This document shows positions 27,692 through 36,386 of a stretch of DNA of 64,000 bases, piece by piece; the stretch's first letter is position 1, and each line of letters begins with the position of its first letter. A program made the position numbers and the translations under genes. The stretch is from Thermoplasmata archaeon (GTDB lineage: Archaea; Thermoplasmatota; Thermoplasmata; UBA10834): assembly GCA_041554135.1 (NCBI GenBank), contig JBFFML010000005.1:28195-92194 (forward strand), in the 5' to 3' direction. The notes under the pieces were generated by a model, which was not told the DNA's origin, made no database searches, and saw nothing but the letters and a program-made list of their open reading frames with translations.

Positions 27692-28605
27692 ACCCCCCTT
27701 AGCTTCCTGAGGAAGGAGTGCGCCGACACGTGATGCGTGTCGAACCCGAGCGAGATGGGGTCGATGCCCATCGACAGCGCCTGGAACTGGGATATGTGCA
27801 TCACCGGGATGCCGTCCTTCGTGAACGACTTCTGGGCGTTGTCGAACTGCAGGAGACAGAATGGGCAGCCGGTGACTATGCAGTCCGCCTCGGCCGCAGC
27901 GATGTTCCTGCATTTGTCCTCGGTGAGCGAGTTGGCGAGCTCGACCACGTGCGACCTCACGCCACCTCCCGCGCCGCAGCAGTCCAGCTTGTCCTCGTAA
28001 TCGACGCTCGTCGCGCCGCAGGCCTCTATGATCTCGTCGATGTGGACGGGGTCGTTGGGGTCGTCGATGGTCTGGTTCTCCGTCGGCCTGAGGTAATGGC
28101 AACCATAGTGGACGGCCGCGCGTATGTTCTTTAGCGGCCTCTTCGTGCGCTCCCGTATCGCGTCGAGGCCTATGTCGCTCGTCATCATCTCGACGTAGTG
28201 ACGGACCTTCACGGGCCCCATTATGCGCCTTCTGCCCTCCGTCCTGCGCGGTATCCCCGTGTACTTCTTCCCTATCTGGGACAGCATACGGTTCACCTTC
28301 CCCAGGCTCTTGGGGTCCTCCAGGTACTCCGTCGCCTTGAGCAGGGATGTGAGGCATCCGTTGCACACGGTCAGTATCTCCCGCCGCTCGGGCTGGGCCA
28401 GCGTGAGGTTCCTGGCGGCGAGCACGAGCCACGTGTTCTTGTCCGATGAGTAGAATATGCCTGGTACCGGGCAGCAGGAAAATTCCGGGATGTCGATGAC
28501 GTCGAGGTCGAACCCGTCCTTCCCGCATACCCAACGCACGGCGTACTCGACGCCCGGGTATCTGTTTGGTATTATGCAACCGAAGAAGTAGGCGTAGCTG
28601 GTCAA
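27688..28605 (-). CDS. hdrB: Heterodisulfide reductase subunit B
   Basis: Two C..CC(P/G)..CxxC repeats (FGC..SCCPVPG..CNGC and YGC..DCCGAGGG..GCPFC). TTG start in a TTGA overlap with hdrC. Confidence 0.9.
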   Translation of the reverse strand: MTSYAYFFGCIIPNRYPGVEYAVRWVCGKDGFDLDVIDIPEFSCCPVPGIFYSSDKNTWLVLAARNLTLAQPERREILTVCNGCLTSLLKATEYLEDPKSLGKVNRMLSQIGKKYTGIPRRTEGRRRIMGPVKVRHYVEMMTSDIGLDAIRERTKRPLKNIRAAVHYGCHYLRPTENQTIDDPNDPVHIDEIIEACGATSVDYEDKLDCCGAGGGVRSHVVELANSLTEDKCRNIAAAEADCIVTGCPFCLLQFDNAQKSFTKDGIPVMHISQFQALSMGIDPISLGFDTHHVSAHSFLRKLRGV

Positions 28606-29186
28606 GCCTTCACCTCCTCCTCTATGCCTATGAGCTTGTCGTAGCCTACCGCGTGAACGAGGACGTTTATCTCCCTTATCACGCGCGCGTAGTCCTTTCC
28701 CCGAGACGGGACGTCATCGAGCTCCAGCTCCTTCCGTATCTTCTCGATCTCGGGATCGGGCTTGACGCTCTGGCCGTACTTCACCAGGTTGGTCGCGGCG
28801 ACCTTGATGAACGGCGGTATCACGCCCTCCCTGATGGCGATGTGCCTCAGGGCGATCATCACCTCGGCCGGGTTGATGTCAGCGGGGCAGTGCTCGTAGC
28901 ACCTGTAGCATGTCGCGCAGACCCAGCGCGTGCCCAGCGTGAACTTCTTCAGCCCGAACTGGCAGAACTTGATTATGCTCCTGGTCTTGTAGTCGATCTT
29001 CAGGCTTATGGGACAGACGCCCGTGCAGTTGCCGCATTGCAGGCACGTCATGACGTCCTTCCCGCCGTACTTGACTATCTCCTTCGCGAAACCGGGCTCC
29101 AGCTGCGACTCGTCTATGACCTTGTCCTCCACGAGTTTCTCGCTCAGGCCGCTGAGGAATGTCTTCTCGACCTCTCCCATCGTCAC
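28602..29186 (-). CDS. hdrC: Heterodisulfide reductase subunit C
   Basis: CLQCGNCTGVCP and CATCYRCYEHCP ferredoxin motifs. GTG 29186 (GTGA overlap) or ATG 29180 after GGAGGTG. Confidence 0.9.
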   Translation of the reverse strand: MTMGEVEKTFLSGLSEKLVEDKVIDESQLEPGFAKEIVKYGGKDVMTCLQCGNCTGVCPISLKIDYKTRSIIKFCQFGLKKFTLGTRWVCATCYRCYEHCPADINPAEVMIALRHIAIREGVIPPFIKVAATNLVKYGQSVKPDPEIEKIRKELELDDVPSRGKDYARVIREINVLVHAVGYDKLIGIEEEVKA

Positions 29187-31285
29187 ACCTCCTCTCCGGC
29201 CTTCCCGGCCTTCGCCTTGTCACCCTTGCTCGCGCCGCCCCCGTTCTCCGACAGGGCGGTGACTATCTCGCTGGTTATCTGGTCATCCGTGAACTGTTTC
29301 GCCGTGATCGCCTTCTGCGGACATGCGGCGACGCATGTACCGCACCCGTGGCAGAGCGCCTCAGTGACCCTCGCCTTGGTACCCTTCTCCGTCTCCACGA
29401 TCTCGGGGGCGCCGTACGGGCACATCTCCACGCACAGACCGCAACCCACGCACAGGTCCTCGTCGACCGACGCCGTCAGCGGTTCGATCCTGACCTTCTT
29501 GCCCGCCATGACGGCCGCCGCAGACGCGGCTGCGCCCTTGGCCTGCGCCACGGAGTCTGGTATGTCCTTCGGTGACTGTGCGCACCCCGCGAGGAATATG
29601 CCGTCCATGGCGGTGTCGACCGGCCTCAGCTTCGGGTGCGCCTCCATGAAGAAACCGTCCGGGCTGAGGGACAGCGACAGTATCTTGCCGATCCTCTTGC
29701 TGCCTTCCGAGGGCAGGAGCCCCGTCGAGAGCACTACGAGGTCGAACTCCCTCTCGGTGATCTTGTTCAGCAATGTCTCCTCCGCCCGTATGGTGACCGC
29801 CTTGGTCTCAGGGTTCTCGGTCAGCTTCGCCGGGCGCCCTCGGATGAACTCGACTGCGTATTCCTCCCTGACGCGGTGATACAGCTCTTCGAAGCCCTTC
29901 CCGAAGGCCCTGATGTCGTTGTAGTAGACCGCTATGTCGGTGTCCGGCTCGTGCTCCTTGATGATCTGCGTGTTCTTGATCGCGTACATGCAACACACGC
30001 GTGAGCAGTAGTCGTTCCCTAGCTTCTTGTTCCTCGAGCCGACGCATTGTATGAACGCGATCCTCTTCGGCGTCTCGCCGTCAGAAGGTCGTATCAGGTG
30101 GCCTCCTGTCGGCCCCGAGGCGTTGAGGAGGCGTTCCAGCTCCAGCCCTGTTATGACGTTCTCGTATTCCCAGTACTTGTACACGCCACGCTTCTTGGGC
30201 ACGTATATGTCGTACCCCGTGGCGACGATTATCGTCCCCACCTTGATGTCCACGACCTCGTCCTTCATCTCGTGGTCTATCGCTTCGTTCGCGCACGCCT
30301 TCACGCAGGCCTTGCACTTCCCGGTCTTGAAGTACAGACAGTGCTCCTTGTCGATAGTGTACTTGAGCGGGACCGCCTGTGGGAACGGGACGTAGATCGC
30401 CTTCCTCTTGCCGAAACCCATGTCGAAGGCGTTGTCCACCTTCACCGGGCAGGCGTCGGCGCACACGCCGCAGCCGACGCACTTGTCCTCGATGACGAAG
30501 CGCGCCTTCCTCCTGACCTTCACGTCGAAGTTGCCTATGAAGCCCTTGACCTCCTCGACCTCGGAGTAAGACAGGAGCGTTATGTTCGGATGCCTGGCCA
30601 GCTCGACCATCTTCGGCGCGAGGATGCATATCGCGCAGTCGCCCGTCGGGAAGGTCTTGTCCAGCTGGGCCATCCGCCCGCCGATGCTGGGCTCCGACTC
30701 GACGACGTACACCTTGAACCCCATCTGTGCCATGTCCAGGGCCGCCTGGATCCCAGATACGCCTCCGCCTATGACCAGAGAGGTCTGCTCCACTGGCACC
30801 TCGCGTGCCTCCAGCGGCTCGAGCCTCGACGCCTTGGCTATCCCCATCTTGACGAGCCCGATCGCCTTCTCCGTCGCCGCCTCCTTCTGCTGGGCGTGGA
30901 CCCACGAGCACTGCTCCCTCAGGTTCACCATCTGCAGAAGATACGGGTTCAGCCCCGCCTCCTTTATGCAGTTCCTGAATGTCGGCTCGTGCATCCTCGG
31001 GGAGCACGCGGCCACGACGACCCTCTCGACGCCGTTCTCCTTTATGGCTTTGATTATCTCGTCCTGGCCCAGGTCGGAGCACGTGTACTTGTTCTCCTTG
31101 GCCACGACCACGCCCGGCACCTTCTCCGCGGCCTCCCTCACCTTGGCCGTGTCGACGGTCCCCGCGATGTTGCTCCCGCAATGACAGATGAAAACGCCTA
31201 TCTTCGGAGCAGAAGTCGGACTGTCCACGGGTCTCTCCGGCGCCTCCTTCGCGAGGTTCTCTTCGAGTGGTTCGGACGAATTCAT
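29183..31285 (-). CDS. hdrA: Heterodisulfide reductase subunit A (complete, canonical domain set)
   Basis: IGVFICHCGSNIAG N-domain, VIGGGVSGIQAALDMA, DKTFPTGDCAIC, inserted CVGCGVCADACP / CKACVKAC, CVGSRN, and C-terminal CVGCGLCVEMCP / CHGCGTCVAACP. GGAGGGGAA precedes the ATG. Confidence 0.9.
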   Translation of the reverse strand: MNSSEPLEENLAKEAPERPVDSPTSAPKIGVFICHCGSNIAGTVDTAKVREAAEKVPGVVVAKENKYTCSDLGQDEIIKAIKENGVERVVVAACSPRMHEPTFRNCIKEAGLNPYLLQMVNLREQCSWVHAQQKEAATEKAIGLVKMGIAKASRLEPLEAREVPVEQTSLVIGGGVSGIQAALDMAQMGFKVYVVESEPSIGGRMAQLDKTFPTGDCAICILAPKMVELARHPNITLLSYSEVEEVKGFIGNFDVKVRRKARFVIEDKCVGCGVCADACPVKVDNAFDMGFGKRKAIYVPFPQAVPLKYTIDKEHCLYFKTGKCKACVKACANEAIDHEMKDEVVDIKVGTIIVATGYDIYVPKKRGVYKYWEYENVITGLELERLLNASGPTGGHLIRPSDGETPKRIAFIQCVGSRNKKLGNDYCSRVCCMYAIKNTQIIKEHEPDTDIAVYYNDIRAFGKGFEELYHRVREEYAVEFIRGRPAKLTENPETKAVTIRAEETLLNKITEREFDLVVLSTGLLPSEGSKRIGKILSLSLSPDGFFMEAHPKLRPVDTAMDGIFLAGCAQSPKDIPDSVAQAKGAAASAAAVMAGKKVRIEPLTASVDEDLCVGCGLCVEMCPYGAPEIVETEKGTKARVTEALCHGCGTCVAACPQKAITAKQFTDDQITSEIVTALSENGGGASKGDKAKAGKAGEEV

Positions 31286-31417
31286 TGTTCCCCTCCGGAC
31301 TCAGGCCAAGCTGAGTTGATCGCAGCCCGAGTGACCCCGCAGAGGTCGCCAGCAGCGCAAGTCTGGCGCATCCACTCGGCCCTGGCAATCTGACGTTTTG
31401 GTGTAACAAAGGCCCCC

Positions 31418-31426
31418 TTAATATAG
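31418..31426 (-). promoter_or_regulatory. TATA-like element (minus strand CTATATTAA) upstream of hdrA
   Basis: The only AT-rich TATA-like element in the 31286-31692 spacer. About 135 nt upstream of the hdrA ATG, preceded by the purine-rich GAAAG. Confidence 0.25.
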
Positions 31427-31430
31427 CTTT

Positions 31431-31566
31431 CGTTAACCACCTTTCGAAAACCGCTGCGTTTCCAGCGATAATCGTTAAATTGTCCGTTAATGAGGACCAG
31501 TTAGTTGTCCGGCAATCGGCGATGAGTTTCGAATTTCGTAAAACAGGGGTCACCAATTGTCCGTTG
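31431..31566. promoter_or_regulatory. Cluster of repeated short motifs upstream of the hdr/mvh super-operon
   Basis: The exact 11-mer AATTGTCCGTT occurs at 31478-31488 and 31555-31565. The TTGTCCG core occurs a third time at 31505-31511. CGTTAA occurs 3 times (31431, 31473, 31485). TTTCGAAA/TTTCGAAT palindromes are at 31442 and 31527. Confidence 0.3.
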
Positions 31567-31692
31567 TCGTCATCGTTCGGTTATGCGGGGTTGACGCCGT
31601 CTCAGGCGTTGTGAGGGCTGGACGCGCCCAAACACTGACTGGAAGACACCGATTACGAATGTAAGCGCTAGTAATGGGCCATCCCTGGACGC

Positions 31693-32775
31693 TCAACCCT
31701 TTCTTCGCCTGTATCTGTACGATATGTAGCAACTACCTTCGCGGGACACCATGCAAGGACCGATGGGGGCGTCTGGCGTGCAGCTCACGCCGAACAGCGG
31801 GCACTCCTCACTCGTTATTATGCCTCTCAGCATCTCCCCGCATCTGCAGCCTTCGGGCTCCTCATACTCCGTGTCAAGGACCTCTTCGAGATGGTCGCCA
31901 TGCCTCCTCCTCGCGTCGAAGGCAGAGAGCTCGTCCTTCAGCTCAAGACCGCTGCCGGGTATCACGGGGAATCCCCTCCAGCCGACGTCCGATGCGACGA
32001 ACGCCTCGTGCATCGCCCGGATCGCGCTTGGGTTGCCGTCCCTGCGGACCACCCGCGTGTACTCGTTCTGAACCTCCGCCCTCCCCTCGGATACCTGCTT
32101 CGCCAGCATGTAGACCGCCATCAGGAGATCGAGCGGCTCGAACCCCGCGACCACCTGTGGTATGCGGTGCTCGATGGACAAGAACTCGTACGGCGCCGTG
32201 CCTATGATCGTGCTGACGTGCCCTGGCTGTATCATGCCGTCCAGCTTCACCTCGCCCATCGAGACGATGGCCTTCAACGCGGGAGGCACGGTCCTGTGAA
32301 GGCTCAGCACGGAGAAGTTGCCGGGTGGTGCGGAGAGCAACGCCGTCGCCGTCGTGGGCGCGGTCGTCTCGAACCCTATGCCCACGAACACGACGTCTTC
32401 ACTTGTCCGTCTGGCCATCTGGACGGCGTCGTCGACGCCGAAGACTATCCTGACATCGGCCCCCTCGGTCCTGACGTCGTTCAGGGAGCCGCTCCTGCCA
32501 GGGACCTTCATCAGGTCGCCGAACGCTGCCAGCGTCACACCGGCCCTGGCGAGCGCGAGCGCCTCCTCGATCTCCTTCGGGGGCGTCACGCACACCGGAC
32601 AGCCAGGGCCTTGCCGGATGTCCACGCCGACGTCCCTGAACTCCTGGTCGAGCCCGAACCTGATGAGAGTGTCCTGGTGCGTCCCGCACACGTGCATCAG
32701 CGTGATGTCCAGCCGCATGGCGCGAAGCTCGTCCATGATCCTGCGGGACATCTCCTTGTCTCTAAGCCTGTACAT
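31693..32775 (-). CDS. hypD: Hydrogenase maturation factor HypD
   Basis: MHVCGTHQD, GPGCPVCVTP and the C-terminal CxxC..C motifs. Confidence 0.9.
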   Translation of the reverse strand: MYRLRDKEMSRRIMDELRAMRLDITLMHVCGTHQDTLIRFGLDQEFRDVGVDIRQGPGCPVCVTPPKEIEEALALARAGVTLAAFGDLMKVPGRSGSLNDVRTEGADVRIVFGVDDAVQMARRTSEDVVFVGIGFETTAPTTATALLSAPPGNFSVLSLHRTVPPALKAIVSMGEVKLDGMIQPGHVSTIIGTAPYEFLSIEHRIPQVVAGFEPLDLLMAVYMLAKQVSEGRAEVQNEYTRVVRRDGNPSAIRAMHEAFVASDVGWRGFPVIPGSGLELKDELSAFDARRRHGDHLEEVLDTEYEEPEGCRCGEMLRGIITSEECPLFGVSCTPDAPIGPCMVSREGSCYISYRYRRRKG

Positions 32776-33142
32776 CTGGAACGACCATCCTTATGTCCCT
32801 GATCACGCACTCCCGCCCGTCGACGATCTTGGCGCCACCTCCACACTTGGGACACTCCAGTATCGGGACGGCCCCGTGTGGCGCGTCGCTCTCGGGTGAC
32901 ACCTGTCCCTCGAAACCGCACGGGCATTCGATCCTCCCGGGTCTTGTGCGCAGGTCCAGCTTCGCATTCTCCAGCAACGTGTCCTTCGACAGTATGCCGA
33001 AGGCGAACTGCAGCTGCTCCTTGCCGAGCATCGTGAACTCCCCGATCTCCACGGTCACGCCGTCGATGCGGAGAGCGTCCCTCTTACGCGCCTCGTCGAT
33101 TATGCTCTTGACTATCTCGCTCATGACTGAGAATTCGTGCAT
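32762..33142 (-). CDS. hypA: Hydrogenase nickel-insertion protein HypA
   Basis: MHEFS N-terminus and a Zn site C.C..CPKCG. Confidence 0.85.
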   Translation of the reverse strand: MHEFSVMSEIVKSIIDEARKRDALRIDGVTVEIGEFTMLGKEQLQFAFGILSKDTLLENAKLDLRTRPGRIECPCGFEGQVSPESDAPHGAVPILECPKCGGGAKIVDGRECVIRDIRMVVPDVQA

Positions 33143-33145
33143 GCT

Positions 33146-33373
33146 CTACGCCCCAGCGTCTCCTTGAGAAAGCATCTCCCTGAAGAGTTCGAGCGTCTTC
33201 TCGGCCTCGTCCTTGTCCAGGATCTCTATCGCGTAGCCCGCATGCACTATCACATAGTCGCCCACGCGCGCATCCACGAGCGATAGGTTGACCGACCTCT
33301 TGACGCCTCCGAAGTCAGCTTCTCCCATGACGCCTTCGATGGATTTTATCTCGGCTGGAACGGCTAGACACAT
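33146..33373 (-). CDS. hypC: Hydrogenase assembly chaperone HypC
   Basis: MCLAVPA N-terminus; 75 aa. Confidence 0.85.
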   Translation of the reverse strand: MCLAVPAEIKSIEGVMGEADFGGVKRSVNLSLVDARVGDYVIVHAGYAIEILDKDEAEKTLELFREMLSQGDAGA

Positions 33374-33408
33374 CGAGCCGGTGTTATGAGCGGTCCGTTC
33401 ATAAAGTT

Positions 33409-35622
33409 TTAGCCGAGGAGGTTTCCCGCGATGGCGTTCTGTCCCACTGATATCCCACCGTCACCGTTCGGTACGCGCACGTGTCCGGCGAACCCCAGGC
33501 CGCGGCTCGTGACGACCGCCTCGACCCACGAGGCGATCGGGCTGCTGTACGACACCCCCCCTGACAGGCCCACCGTCTTCGCGCCTTCATCGTCTGCGAC
33601 GTCGCACGCCCTCTCCGTCAGCGCCGTCACCAGCGCCTTCACGAAAGACACCGCCGCGTCTGCCCTCTGCGCGTCGGACCCGATGCGAGTGCCCAGCAGC
33701 CGCTCGAACATGGGCGCGGTCTTCGCGAACTCAAGGGCGCCCCTTCGGCCGAACTCTACATCGTAGCTCTGCGTCGCCTCGCCGGCTTCAAGCCACCTCT
33801 CCAGCTTGATCGCCGGCTCGCCCTCGTAGGTTCGTTTGCAGCATATGCCGAGTATGCAGGAGACGGCGTCGAGCACCCTGCCCATGCTCGAGGTGGTCGT
33901 GCTCGTCTTCATCATCTTGGACAACACGTCGACTTCGCCCTCGTCTGCATATGACGGCTCCGACCCCAGCTTCAATTGTATCGCGGTCACCACTCGCCTC
34001 GGGTTCACCACTGCCCTGTCGCCTCCGAGGAGAGGGATGCCTTCGAGGGTGCAGTGTCTCGTGTATGATGAGTAGTCGCCGAACAGCGTCTCCCCGCCCC
34101 AGGACGTGCCGTCGTCCCCGTAGCCGGTCCCGTCCCATGTGAGGCACGCCATGGCGTCCTTCAGGCCGCGATCTATCATCAGAGACGCGAGGTGGGCATG
34201 GTAGTGCTGTGTCTCGATCATTTGACAGCCGTGTTCCTTCGCTAGCCTCTTCGCCATTATCCTCGTCGAGTATCTCGGGTGCCTGTCGAGCGCCACCGCC
34301 TCGACATCCTTCGTCCCGAGCAGTCCCGAGAGGTGATGGATCGCCTCACCCAGATACTGCAGCGTCGGGTGCTGCTGAGCCTCGCCTATGTACTGGGTGA
34401 GGAAAATCTCGCCGTTCCTGGTGATCGAACCGGTGACGTCCCACTGCGCGCCCACGCCGATGACCGTCCTTCGGTGGTTCGCTTCGAGGGGGACGGGCAC
34501 GAACCCCCGCGACTTCCGAAGGAAGACCGCCCTGCCGGACATCGTCTTCATCACGCTGTCGTCGCATCTGTGTATTATTCTCCTGTCGTGCATCAGATAG
34601 CAGTCGAGGCCCAGGTCGAACGCCTTCGAACTCTCTATCGCCATGGGCTCTCCCGGAGGATTCGCGGAGGTCATGACGACTGCGTCGGCCTCGAGATGCG
34701 TGAACAGGAGCAGATGCGCAGCCGAGTACGGTAGCATCACGCCGACGTTGCCCAGGCGCGGGGAGACTTCACTCAGGTCGTCGGCCGCCTCTTCCCGCTT
34801 CCTCAGGAGGACTATGGGCCTCTGAGGGGATGTCAGGAGCTCCTCTTCCTTCTCGCCAACGATAGCGTATCTTCGCACGGTCGCGAGGTCCCTCGCCATG
34901 ATCGCGTATGGTTTGTCCCCTCTCCGGTACAGTCCCCGCAGCCTCGAGGTGTGGGCGAGCGCACAGACGATGTGCATCCCACCCCAACCTTTGATGGCAC
35001 CGACCTCCCCGGAGTCTATCCTGGAGGCGAACGACCTGAACGGGTCTCCAGACACCGTCCTGCGGTCGCGGTCATACAGAGTATATCTAGGCCCGCACTC
35101 GGGGCATGAGATGGTCTGCGCGTGGAACCTCCTATCCGATGGCGAGGCGTACTCGCTCTCGCAGGAGTCACACATGGGGAAATCATACATGGCAGTGCGG
35201 GCGCGGTCGAAAGGTACGTCCGATATGATCGTGAACCTAGCCCCGCACTCCGTGCAGTTCGTGAAAGGGAACATGCTCCTCTTGTTGCCTGGCTCGGAGA
35301 AGTCGCGCGCGCAAGCGTCGCAGATAGCCGTGTCCGTGGGTATCAGCGAGACCCTCTTCCCCTCTCTGCTCTGTACGATGGTGAAGTCCTCATAGGCGCC
35401 CTTCGATTCCTCTATCTGCACAAGGTCGATCCTGGCCAGCGCCGGGAGGGCCTCTCGCAGCCTTCTGAGGAACTCCTCCGGGTCGCGGTCTATCACGATC
35501 TCCACATTGGAACCGTTGTTGAGGACGTATCCTCTGAGCCCCATCTCCTTGGCTACCCTGTACACAGTCGGCCTGAAGCCTACGCCCTGCACAATTCCGA
35601 ATATGGTTATCTTCATCATCAT
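33409..35622 (-). CDS. hypF: Carbamoyltransferase HypF
   Basis: Acylphosphatase domain (GIVQGVGFRP), two CxxC..CxxC zinc fingers, and YrdC/Kae1-like regions. Confidence 0.9.
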   Translation of the reverse strand: MMMKITIFGIVQGVGFRPTVYRVAKEMGLRGYVLNNGSNVEIVIDRDPEEFLRRLREALPALARIDLVQIEESKGAYEDFTIVQSREGKRVSLIPTDTAICDACARDFSEPGNKRSMFPFTNCTECGARFTIISDVPFDRARTAMYDFPMCDSCESEYASPSDRRFHAQTISCPECGPRYTLYDRDRRTVSGDPFRSFASRIDSGEVGAIKGWGGMHIVCALAHTSRLRGLYRRGDKPYAIMARDLATVRRYAIVGEKEEELLTSPQRPIVLLRKREEAADDLSEVSPRLGNVGVMLPYSAAHLLLFTHLEADAVVMTSANPPGEPMAIESSKAFDLGLDCYLMHDRRIIHRCDDSVMKTMSGRAVFLRKSRGFVPVPLEANHRRTVIGVGAQWDVTGSITRNGEIFLTQYIGEAQQHPTLQYLGEAIHHLSGLLGTKDVEAVALDRHPRYSTRIMAKRLAKEHGCQMIETQHYHAHLASLMIDRGLKDAMACLTWDGTGYGDDGTSWGGETLFGDYSSYTRHCTLEGIPLLGGDRAVVNPRRVVTAIQLKLGSEPSYADEGEVDVLSKMMKTSTTTSSMGRVLDAVSCILGICCKRTYEGEPAIKLERWLEAGEATQSYDVEFGRRGALEFAKTAPMFERLLGTRIGSDAQRADAAVSFVKALVTALTERACDVADDEGAKTVGLSGGVSYSSPIASWVEAVVTSRGLGFAGHVRVPNGDGGISVGQNAIAGNLLG

Positions 35623-35627
35623 GTCCT

Positions 35628-36326
35628 CTAGAGGTCGAGCGCGGCCAACAGTTCGTCGAATCCTTTGTCGTGCCGCGCGTCCATCTTGACGATCCTCGCC
35701 GCCGGGTTGGTCTTGTTGGCGTCCCTCTCGAGCACCTCCGGGTCCACCTCCATGGCGTCAGCCAGGTCCATCTTGTTGATGACGATGACATCGGAGAACG
35801 CGAATATCGCGGGGTGCTTTCTGACCATGTCGTCCCCCTCTGTCACGCTCACGACGACGACTCTGACGTGCGAGCCCAGCGGGAAGTCGACCGGGCAGAC
35901 GAGGTTGCCGACGTTCTCAACGAAGAGATAGTCGATATCGTCCAGGGGAAGTCTCTCCAGGGCGTGGTCGACCAGATGGGCGTCCAGGTGACATTCCTTG
36001 CCCGTGCTTATGTTCGCCGCGGGTATTCCGTGCGCCTCGAACCGCCTGTAATCGTCATCTCCCGACACATCGCCGGCGATGGCTGCGCACCGCTTGCCCC
36101 TCGCCTTCAACCGGTCGACCAGTCGCTCTATGATGAGCGTCTTGCCAGAGCCGATCGCACCGAGGAAATCGAAGGAGCGTATGCCGTGTTCGTCGAGGAG
36201 CGCCTGGTTCTGCTCGGCGAGCTTCCTGTTCGTGGAGAGGATGTCTTTCTCCATGTCGACCGTGACGACCTTGTGCATGATGCTGGGAAGCCGCCATCGC
36301 TGAATAATCTTTTCGCCCGAAACCAA
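35628..36326 (-). CDS. hypB: Hydrogenase nickel-incorporation GTPase HypB
   Basis: GAIGSGKT P-loop and ENVGNLVCP. The internal ATG at 36278 is an alternative start. Confidence 0.85.
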   Translation of the reverse strand: MVSGEKIIQRWRLPSIMHKVVTVDMEKDILSTNRKLAEQNQALLDEHGIRSFDFLGAIGSGKTLIIERLVDRLKARGKRCAAIAGDVSGDDDYRRFEAHGIPAANISTGKECHLDAHLVDHALERLPLDDIDYLFVENVGNLVCPVDFPLGSHVRVVVVSVTEGDDMVRKHPAIFAFSDVIVINKMDLADAMEVDPEVLERDANKTNPAARIVKMDARHDKGFDELLAALDL

Positions 36327-36386
36327 CCGATATTCTCATCGAGGGGGACAGCATGCGCGCTCGGTTCGATAGCCTTATGACGTTCG

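Noticed and set aside
11537-31285. Selenocysteine recoding in MvhA/MvhD/HdrA, as in Methanococcales
   Set aside because: All the relevant positions are ordinary Cys codons within continuous ORFs. There are no in-frame TGA interruptions.
14466-31285. Repeated hdrA-like and mvhD copies as mobile-element or assembly duplications, or as a CRISPR-like array
   Set aside because: The copies are diverged at both nucleotide and protein level, differ in domain content, and are separated by coding sequence rather than spacers. No transposase or integrase, and no regular short repeat-spacer periodicity, was seen anywhere in the window.
11537-31285. Taking HdrABC/MvhADG as evidence that the organism is a methanogen
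   Set aside because: There are no mcr, mtr, fwd or other methanogenesis genes in the window. Hdr/Mvh also occur in non-methanogenic archaea and bacteria. The peptidase and MttB context fits a heterotroph at least as well.
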